Below, piece by piece: positions 53,244 to 64,000 of a stretch of DNA of 64,000 bases; within the stretch, counting starts at the first letter, position 1, and each line of letters begins with the position of its first letter. The translations under genes were made by a program, and so were the position numbers. A model generated the notes under the pieces. The model was not told the DNA's origin, did no database searches, and saw nothing but the letters and a program-made list of their open reading frames with translations. Where the stretch lies: contig OX597815.1 of assembly GCA_951406725.2 (NCBI GenBank), forward strand, positions 117,428,001 to 117,492,000, written 5' to 3'. Source of the stretch: Octopus vulgaris. Lineage: Eukaryota.

Positions 53244-54209
53244 ACATGCATACGTATATACATACAATACGTACATACATAACCAATCTACGTAGCCAAT
53301 TTAAGTTGTTTCTAGGTTAGAAACCATTTCCATTAGTGAGAAATTCGAAAGACAAAACCACTCAAATGTATGCCTGCGTATATGCCATGTGTATCGTATG
53401 TATGTATGTATGTATGTATGTATGTATGTATGTATGTATGTATGTATGTATGTATGTATATGTATCGTATGTATGTATGAAAATGTTTGCCCATACAAAT
53501 ATTCATTCAACACCAGTACAGAATTTTCTCTGTGTTTTCATGCTATTGCACATAGCTAAATAATATTATAGTGTATGTGCGTGTTGTGTGTTTGTGTGTG
53601 TAAACAGATAACAGAAAAGTTGCTTTGGAATTCTAAGACCACACTGCTGTTCTGATATAAGAAATACAATTTTGTAATAAATATGCTTATATTATGCAGT
53701 ACAACGGCTAGTGTACGAGATACTATTTATTTGACACATATACATGCATACGTATATGAGTGTGAGTGTGTGTGTATGCGTGTGTTTGTATGTATGTGTG
53801 TGTATGTGTGTGTGTATGTGCGTGTGAGAGAGAGATAAGGAGATTAAGATATATTCTCAAAACAAATCCCAAAGCAAATATCTTATGTAATAGAGAAAGT
53901 GCACAGCATTGGAAATGGTGCTATTACTAATGTATTATATAAAGTTACCGCAAAACGTACGCGACATACACAGTTGTAGAAGAAAACATAAATACACGAA
54001 TATTGGAATAAATTGTCTCACACACATTCACACACTGTATGTTACTGGTGGAAAAATATCACCGATAAAGAAACCAAAGGAAATAGACATCTGTACATAG
54101 AGTGTTACGTACACCTGACTAAGTATTGATATCTGAATATCTCATACTTAAATCTGTCTGATATACCAAAGTAGAAGCTGAGTCATACATATCAATATAT
54201 ATATAAATA

Positions 54210-54245
<36 letters not shown>

Positions 54246-54364
54246 GAGAGAGAAAGGGGAACAGATAGACAGATAAATACATTCATATATATATATTTAT
54301 ATATTATATATAAAGGGAGAGGGAGAGAAAGAGCTATAAAGAGAGAGATACATTTATCTGTCTA

Positions 54365-54429
<65 letters not shown>

Positions 54430-54502
54430 GTATATATATATATATATATATATAATAATAAGGGTACCGAAGATGTACCATCATGCCTGAAATAATAGTC
54501 TT

Positions 54503-54591
<89 letters not shown>

Positions 54592-54600
54592 CTATATCTA

Positions 54601-54646
<46 letters not shown>

Positions 54647-54758
54647 GCTAAAATATGAGTTTAGTAAAAATTTTGATTCAGATGAATAAGTTGAGGCACC
54701 AGAATTTAGTACGGTATTATCCATACAATTTCAAAATAAGGTGTTACTTATTTTGTTA

Positions 54759-54816
<58 letters not shown>

Positions 54817-55381
54817 AACTTTAACGTGATAAAGTATTGTGCGAGAGTGCCAAATATTACACGTGCTCCCGTCTTCATTCGAGCAATATCGCTGACTGTG
54901 AACTAAAATATTCAAATTATGCGAGAATTGATAAAATAGACGAAATGTTTATTTTAGTTAAAACTAGTTAGTGCTATAAAAAGAGAAAAAAAAGCTTCGC
55001 AAGAAAATAAGTTAAGATAAAATAAACTCAAATGTTAAATTTAGGTATAATAGAATATTTTAAGTGAACTTAGGAAATAACTATGATACAGATTAAAGCT
55101 AAAACAAAAAATCTTTTTATTTTTTTTCTATTTGAACTGAATAAAAAATTAGTTTTATTTACATAAAGGTAGAATCACAATTTAATTACAAGAAAACAAA
55201 GAGGATAAAAAGTGAAGGGAGGAGGGTTAAGTATCAGAAGATGGGTGGGGCGGGGAGTACACCTCCCCGCCGAACAAATGGTCATACGTAAGCATTAATA
55301 TTTAAACGTTTGTACATATGCGGTGCATAGATTTATGTATGTGTTGTATCTGCGTTTGTGTTGTGTATGTGTGTATGGATA

Positions 55382-55436
<55 letters not shown>

Positions 55437-55553
55437 ATGCATCTCTCTCTCTCACTTTCTCACTCTCTCACTTTCTCACTCTCTCACTCTCTCTCTCTAT
55501 ATATATATGTATATATGTACATATGTGTATGTATATATATATATATACACATA

Positions 55554-55614
<61 letters not shown>

Positions 55615-55882
55615 GTATGCATGTATGTATGTATATGTATATATCTATCTATCTATCTATAAACTTACTTGGAAATGGATGAGTGGGACAGATACAAAAC
55701 GGTGAAGGGGTGAAAAAAGAATTAAAGACAAAATGAGAGAGAAAAAACGAAAGGTGGGGTCGTTTTTATGGTTCTTGTATTGTTTTTCCATTTGTTTCTT
55801 TCGTTGTTCTCAAAAAAGAGTTTGTATTACAGGTTTTTGTAATTCATGTTGTTTACGTTTTGTGACGTCCTGTACTCATATA

Positions 55883-55942
<60 letters not shown>

Positions 55943-55960
55943 TGTATGTATGTATGTATA

Positions 55961-56783
55961 TGTACGTATTTATGCATATATATATTATTTAAATTATTAT
56001 ATGATTGAACGCCACGCATCCATTTCCAAGTAAGTATATCTTAATTCCTATCCTGTACTGTTTCCTCTCTCTTTCTTTCTCTCCTTTCGTTTCCTTTCTC
56101 TTCCTCTAATTCTTTTTATCTCCCCTTCTCCTTTGGTTTTTCTCTCTCATCCTGTCTCATTCCCACCCCCACACACCACACTCCCACATACCCCACACCC
56201 ACATGTCCCACCCCTACTCCCACACCGCACCACCACACACCACCCATCATCACACCACAACACAAAACACCATACATCACCACACCACACCACTCCATAC
56301 ACACTAGCACTTACCACTTCCCAGCACCTACACCACACTACACCACATCACACCACCCCGCACACACCAGCACTGACCACTTCCCAGCACCCACGCATTA
56401 CAGACGTACACACCTACATACGCACACGCACCTTCGTTTTGGGATCACCACTACTTTATTGTCTCCCCTTCTTCCTAGCTCTCCTGTCTGACCACCTCCG
56501 TCCAGCCAGCAGCCATGATTGACCGTTAACCGCTATGATTGACCGCTAACTGCCATGATTGATCGCTAACTGCCATGATTGACCGCTAGCAGCTAAAACT
56601 TTTTCATCCTCCCTCCTTTCTTTCTCGTGCTCCTTTTTGTTGAAGAGCCTAGCCTCGAAACGCAAAAGAATTTCTCACCATCCAGAGCGTTAAACTAATA
56701 CACCTATTTGTTCTTTATACACCAGTATTCGTCTTTTGTAAATTCCAACTATACATACATACATACATACATACATACATACA

Positions 56784-56814
<31 letters not shown>

Positions 56815-56838
56815 GCATACATATATATATATATGTGC

Positions 56839-56869
<31 letters not shown>

Positions 56870-56931
56870 CATATATACATACATATGCAAACATATACAT
56901 ATATATACATACACACATTATATACATACAT

Positions 56932-56964
<33 letters not shown>

Positions 56965-57371
56965 CATACATACATACATATATATATATATATACATACA
57001 TATGCAAACATATACATATATATACATACACACATTATATACATACATATACATACATATACATACACACATTATATACATACATATACATACATATATA
57101 TATATATATATACATACATATGTATGTATGTATATATATATATATGTATGTATGTATATGTATGTATATAATGTGTGTATGTATATATATGTATATGTAT
57201 GTATATATGTATGCATATGTATGTGTGTGTATATATATATATATATATGTATGTATGCACATATATATATATATATGTATGCATATGTATGTATGTATGT
57301 ATGTATAGTTGGAATTACATACATACATATGTATGTATATATATATATATATGCATACATACATATGTATG

Positions 57372-57422
<51 letters not shown>

Positions 57423-57504
57423 GTATATATATATATATGTATATGTATGTATATAATGTGTGTATGTATATATATGTATATGTATGTATATATGTATGCA
57501 TATG

Positions 57505-57549
<45 letters not shown>

Positions 57550-57573
57550 GCACATATATATATATATGTATGC

Positions 57574-57604
<31 letters not shown>

Positions 57605-57813
57605 TGTATGTATGTATAGTTGGAATTTACAAAAGACGAATACTGTATGTACCAATAAAAAGAATTAGAGGAAGAGAAAGGAAACGAAAGGAGAGAAAGA
57701 AAGAGAGAGGGAACAGTACAGGATAGGAATTAAGATATACTTACTTGGAAATGGATGCGTGGCGTTCAATCATATAATAATTTAAATAATATATATATGC
57801 ATTAATACGTACA
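55961..57813. repeat. Nested inverted duplication around a PLE-like tail
   Basis: 55961-56119 is the reverse complement of 57655-57813; 56723-56755 of 57614-57645, with a partial third copy at 57303-57316; four 20-bp tandem units at 56512-56591. Confidence 0.85.
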
Positions 57814-57815
57814 TA

Positions 57816-57846
<31 letters not shown>

Positions 57847-57873
57847 GTATGTATATATATATATGTATGTATG

Positions 57874-57905
<32 letters not shown>

Positions 57906-57931
57906 TGTATGTATGTATGTATGTATGTATG

Positions 57932-57965
<34 letters not shown>

Positions 57966-58426
57966 GCAAGTTAGGCCAGTCAATATACAGAAAATATTAA
58001 ATACAATTTTTGTATTAAATATATTCAATACATTTTGTCTATTGACTTGCCTAAACTTGCTTGTCCTTACATTTACTTCTCTACCAGCTCAAGTTCAAAC
58101 CTCTTGAGCACTACAAAGTGTATTCTATACAAAGAAACCATGTGTGTGTGTGTGTGTTAGTGTGAGTTTGTGTATATTTGTATGTGTGTTTGCGTGTGCG
58201 TTTGTGTATTTAGAAGTAAAATATAGAAAGTGACTTCGAAGTTTCGCCGTGACAGATTTTCTTAAACAGGTTAAAGTAGACACCCACCCCCACACATTTA
58301 TGATTTACTTAACGGACTAAAACCTAGATATCTGATCTTTTCCTTTCAAAAATAAAGGCTAATTCTTTTAACCAATGTCCTTTCAGTTTCTGTCGTTCAA
58401 CCCAACTACCACACAGCTAATTGTCA

Positions 58427-58647
58427 TACGAAGGGGTGCTGAAAAGTTCCTGGCTTTAAGGGTGTCGCGAAAGGCTTGGTTGGAGGCCCAACCACCCGAG
58501 TTCTTTTAAGGGCTTAGAAAAACTGAAGGACCGCTGCAGTAAATGTGTGAACCTGAGAAGGGGGATAAGTTGAATAAAATCATAATTATCTGATCTTTCA
58601 GTATTTTCTTTTACCCAGAGCCAGGACATGTTCAACACCCGCTCGTG
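58427..58647 (+). mobile_element. Mariner-derived MITE
   Basis: TA + CGAAGGGGTGCTGAAAAGTTCCTGGCT / AGCCAGGACATGTTCAACACCCGCTCG TIRs; internal GLEKLKDRCSKCVNL.. transposase C-terminus. Confidence 0.8.
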
Positions 58648-61600
58648 GAAGATTCTGCACAGAAAACGATACAGTAAAAATACAAAGAATGAAAAACGCA
58701 AATCTTTCTCTCTCCCTCTTTCTCTATCTCTCCCCCTCTACATATGTATTAGACATTCAAATGTGATATACTTTACTAAACTATAGCGATTGAAGAGGTA
58801 ATTACTTTACTACTCCCCACTGACGAGAAAGATATTTCCTGTGTCATCCTATATTTTATCAGTTGAATCAACATAGCTTAACTTGATTCCTCGTTTCTAT
58901 CGTATTTTCGATGAGTGTCAATAGACGTGAGGTTGACATTGTTAACGATTACACACTTTAGTAATTGAAGAAAACCTTATTTTCTTTTCCGAAATATTGT
59001 TGAATTATCGATTAATCTAATATTGTTGCATTATCGATATATTGATTTTGAAAGAAAAGAAGCTGACAGAAAAAAAAGGTTAAATTAATTTAATCAACAC
59101 CAAAAAGTAAACCAAAGTAAATTTAGCTTCTTCACAAAGCTTTATTTGTTCTTATTAAATCGGTTCACTATCTTGAAGCACAGTTTCTAAAGGATTATTT
59201 CTGCTTTCTTTTAGTGATATCTATTGATTATCAATACTAAGATGTTTTATTATATTTTGTCAACACACCCAGCCTCGGATCATCAGAGAAATATTGAGAG
59301 CCATATACACAGTCACTCAAACGAATATTTTACTTTTATTTCGTTTTAATTTTTTCTTTGTTTTTCTTTTTCTTTTTTTTTTGCCATGCCTTCTTAAACA
59401 GATTTCTTGATTGAAATAACCTACTTATTGAAAATAAATAAGCATTATATGCTGGGGAATGGCAATTTTATTTGTAGTAAAAAGTAAATAAGACTAGCCA
59501 GACATTACGACTCATAGGACCTGGTATTGATAGCGTGTAAGTGACCGAGATGACATCTCCTTTGAACGGAACGCCAGTCCGACAAAAGCTACTCATTTAC
59601 AGCCGAGTGGACTGGAGCATTGGAGCTCAACAACACAACGCACCACCCGGTCGAAGAATCGAAACAACAATCTTGCAATTGTTAGTGCAACATCCTAACC
59701 ACTAAGCCATGCGCCTCTACTCGTCCGTAGTGAACACCATAGGAAAAGAAATAGATTTTTAATTTGCGAAGATCACGATTCGGTTTCGATTCACACTTAG
59801 TTATTTGCCATCACTTTCGTTGTTAATAGACGATGGAATGATTATAAGATTGCAGCTGTCTATATTTTTTCTTTCTATAATATATAAGATCTTTGTAGTT
59901 AATCAAAATAAATCAATGCCATTAATATTTAATGAAAAAATACAAAATAACAACAAAAACAAACACGCACAAACAAAAAACACAAAACTTAAAATTGTAT
60001 TTGAATACAAGTTCAATCGTATCTAGTTGAGAATAAAATTTCTCATGTAATAATTTTATTGATATCATCTTCATAGTATTAAAGATGCAGTTTGATCTAA
60101 TATGATCGACCATTAGCCTTATTTAATGAAACTGTTTGAAGATATCAAATGTATTTGCGGAGGATATCAATCTTATTTATAGAAGAGCTAGTTAGAGAAA
60201 GATATATTTCATAGGTATTACATATTATAATTATAAAACCAATTGTATTTTTTTATTTTATATTAGTACTAATAATATATACTAATATTGATATTAATAC
60301 TATTATCATGTATATGAAATTTATAGGAAAATATCAATTTTGTTTGAGGAACATATCAATCATTTTTGACACGGAGAGAGATTCTAATTAATATTAAGTA
60401 GAAAATGTGGATCTCATTGACGTGTAACGTAATTGGTGAACCGAGATCATCGCCTAGTTTTGTTGGCAGTTAATTGAGATGCACGTTACTTTATCCAAAA
60501 ACAAAAAACAAAAATCCATTTTTAAGACACACGAACATGACACAATACCATTCATAACCTTTTAAATCTAAAGCAGTATATATCAAAACTCCATATCATT
60601 CCTCTGTTCGTTATAAACCCGAGGCGTTGTACATTTCTAAAGAAATCGATATAGGGATGAACTCTCTTTGATATATGTAACACACACAGTTGTCATGTTG
60701 CTTACTTCTGCAGTGTAAAAGAGTTCAGTTCGAATTTATTGACAAAACTTCAAATATTTCATTCCACAGAATACTACTCAAAGGAAAAATATATTCCTGA
60801 ACAAAGCACCAAATCAACTAGCAAATCCTTGCATCTTCGACGAGGTGGTTTGATTAAGCTGCACTTCGAAGATGATAATAAAAATACATTAAAAAAATAT
60901 CAACAACCCCACCACCCCTAAACACAAAAGAAAGAATAATAAAATCAACAATGGAAATATTTCGAAATGTGTTCAAAAAATTCAAAGATAACTGATGCTT
61001 TGGATTATATGAACAACGGCGATCTATTTAATCCAGTATTCGTTTGGTAAACTTGAAAGCAATAATTTCAGATATGTTATGTACAATCTAGTTAAAGAAT
61101 TGATGGATATATTTCTGATGATTCTGCTTCCGCTATTCGTGCATCGTTTCGTTTACTTATTGGCTTGCTTGCTGCCTGCCACCTTTATCTCGCAGCCCTC
61201 CTTTGAATTATCTTTCTGTGGAAGTTTATTTAATATTGTAACCGTCTGTAGGACTGTATGAAGTACCTTTAAAGTTTACATAATCACGATTCATTATTTA
61301 TATGCGTACGTACGTACCTTCCTATCTATCTAAGTTAGTAATGAACTTCATGGATAAATAATTTCTTTTAAGAGATTCAATAGTTCTCTGCCATATATGG
61401 TATATGTTATGTGGGTTGAGGCTTATATATGCTTTGGTTATGCTGATAAAGAGTTGTTTTTGGTTAGGATCTTCGTCTTTTGCATACAGATCTTTTGGTT
61501 GTGAATATGAAGAGAATTTTTTTTCTGCCGTTCATAGAAATTTGATTTCAGAGCTGCAGAACTTCAAGTCGGACAAACATACAATGGTGTATAGCAGTGG

Positions 61601-63329
61601 AATTTCAACAATGACAACACCAACGGAGCAATAACATAAAATGACCTACCGAAAAGAATAGCAGTTTAGCTACATCAAACAGAAAATATAAACCCTTCGT
61701 AGAATATAGCAAATAGAATATTAACGATTTTAAAAGTAAAATAAAAAAAAACTGTAGCAAAACAAGATATGAATGACATAATCAACACGCACATAGAGAG
61801 TAATTACTGAACTAATTCAAGCCTCTTTCGCTGTATCTACCCTGCAGACGGCACAACATCCTAAAATATCGACAAATGAAGCATTCGACTTTATTAAATA
61901 CATTCATTTGTGTCTTGAACTATCTTGTTTTTAACACTTATCTGTAAGTTTCGCAAAGTCAGCATGTTCTTTCCATATGTTATTGTCGAGTCCTTGTAAT
62001 AAGGAATAATAAGGAGTTGTTTGAATAAGGTAGTCAGATAGTTTCGTTCGTATTTCCCTCCCCACCACTCTTTGATTCTTTCCACTGTTATTTGATTTAA
62101 CAAGAAATCTATTTTTATCGTAGTGTTTTATATGTCTTTTTGTAGCTCTTTTCATCGTTTATAACTTTTGTTCATCGCTTTTGAACTTTGAATAAATTTT
62201 GCCTCTTTTCAAACATATGATGATAGAGTGCCAAGTGGAAAAAGAAATGAAAAAAAAAAAAAAAAAAAAGTGAACGAATTTATATGACAACTCAATATGT
62301 ATAAAATGGATTTTCACTTTGTAACCTTTATAATTATTATTTGAGAACAACACAGAAATTTTATGATCCCCTTACAGTTTAATGGCTAATATCAAAAACT
62401 ATTTTTCAACAGGTTCAATTAAATGCACCAGGAATCTTTAACTGAAATGATTATTGCGAATATTGTTCTTATAACTACGAGTCGTCTACATGACATTGTC
62501 ACCGTTACGAAGATGCAAATGAACAACATTCATTTTCAAATATATATTTTCTACACGAGCAGCTTGATCCCACAACGTACAATTTTATATATACAAATCG
62601 TTATATAGACATAGTATGTGTACGATCGTAATTAAGCGGTATAAACATGAAAAAGTAATAGATATTTCGGCAAATCCTGAATTAATTCTCTAAAAAGATA
62701 TGTGCGTGTAAACACGCATCTATATATGAAATTCCTTTTGCTTGTGTCTAAATCTCAAACATAAACACAATATGGTCAAGATAAGGCAACAACTGGGCTG
62801 ATGACGACGACTGAGGCAGAAACATGTGTTCTAAGCTCCTCTCTGATGACGACAACTGAGACAGAAACGTATTCTAAGCTCCTCTCTTTTCTATACAATC
62901 AAACAGACTTTCCCGATTAGTTTATAGACTGCGAAGAATTCTTGATTTTTGCAATTATTTCCTCTTCTCATTCAGTGTTGGACGCATTTAGCACGAGGTA
63001 TTTGTTTACGTTACTCTCGAAAATATCAAAAGCTATTATTCATTCGGCTATATATTCATTCGTCTTTGTCCATATTTACGCCACTGGTCGCTTTAAGTTC
63101 TTTCTCTCAGCTCTGTTGACATGTGAACAACAACAAAAGCAACAACAGTATACCGAAGCCTGATAACTTGAGATAATCAATGAAATTTATAAGTTACAAT
63201 GCTACGATGAAAGTGATCGATTTAACATAAAATCTTGTGAGTTCATCACTTTCTTCTCGCCCTCTCCCTCTCTCCAATTTATAAAGATTAAATAGTTTAA
63301 AGACATACACACCAACTCAATATTACTTG

Positions 63330-63368
63330 TTAATATACATACATGCATACAAACACACACACGTACAT

Positions 63369-63400
<32 letters not shown>

Positions 63401-63406
63401 CATACA

Positions 63407-63442
<36 letters not shown>

Positions 63443-63502
63443 TGTATGTATGTATATATATATATATGTATATATATATGTATATATATATATATATATA
63501 CA

Positions 63503-63538
<36 letters not shown>

Positions 63539-63586
63539 TATACATACATATGTATATATATATGTATATATATATATATATATACA

Positions 63587-63622
<36 letters not shown>

Positions 63623-63625
63623 TAT

Positions 63626-63724
<99 letters not shown>

Positions 63725-63767
63725 CATACATATATATATATATGTATATATATGTATATATATATGC

Positions 63768-63805
<38 letters not shown>

Positions 63806-63965
63806 GTAAGCATGCGTGAATGTATATTTGTGTGTATATGTGTCTCTATGTGTAGATGTATACACACATACGTATATGTGTGTGTATATGTACATACATA
63901 TGCATATACATATATATATATACATATACATACATATACATATCCACACTACACATACACACATA
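63330..63965. repeat. Compound (TA)n/(TACA)n microsatellite
   Basis: Directly visible; representative of many such tracts, e.g. 6670-7415, 39680-39836, 40118-40245, 44513-44970, 54200-54815. Confidence 0.95.
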
Positions 63966-64000
63966 TAGTCATGTGTTTAATTCTAAACATTCGAAATATA

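Noticed and set aside
56512-56591. Regular 20-bp repeats as a CRISPR array
   Set aside because: No spacers, eukaryotic context; simple minisatellite.
56690-57726. Long ORFs of YI/HT/MYVC repeats (here and throughout the window)
   Set aside because: Translations of (TA)n, (CA)n and (TACA)n microsatellites; not genes.
61404-61634. Possible coding exon after TACAG (also ORFs 13949-14215, 60739-60921, 61931-62155)
   Set aside because: No recognisable domain or partner exons.

Overview
AT-rich, microsatellite-dense eukaryotic DNA whose repeat content (OR-type and other tRNA-derived SINEs, Penelope, RTE, R4/Dong, Tx1, Gypsy) points to an octopus genome; the species assignment is inference. I can support one host gene: an 8-coding-exon, + strand Aa_trans-family amino-acid transporter (SLC32/AVT1-like). 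Its CDS runs 18830-37406, 1308 nt, 435 aa, with all introns GT-AG and consistent phases. Most of the rest is transposon relics and simple repeats, and most listed ORFs are microsatellite artefacts. The most striking unannotated signal is a set of type I hammerhead ribozyme (HHR) motifs, read by eye. Four are well formed (7564-7608 minus, 15346-15393 plus, 21093-21164 minus, 26073-26115 plus), each at the apex of a long non-coding fold-back; in two cases the arm mismatches are G·U pairs on the ribozyme strand only. One carries the compensatory U3-A8 core inside a 360-bp retrozyme-like unit, and several decayed HHRs lie in Penelope pseudo-LTRs. Different retrotransposon families also appear to sit in different microsatellite types. 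Ribozyme activity and novelty are untested.
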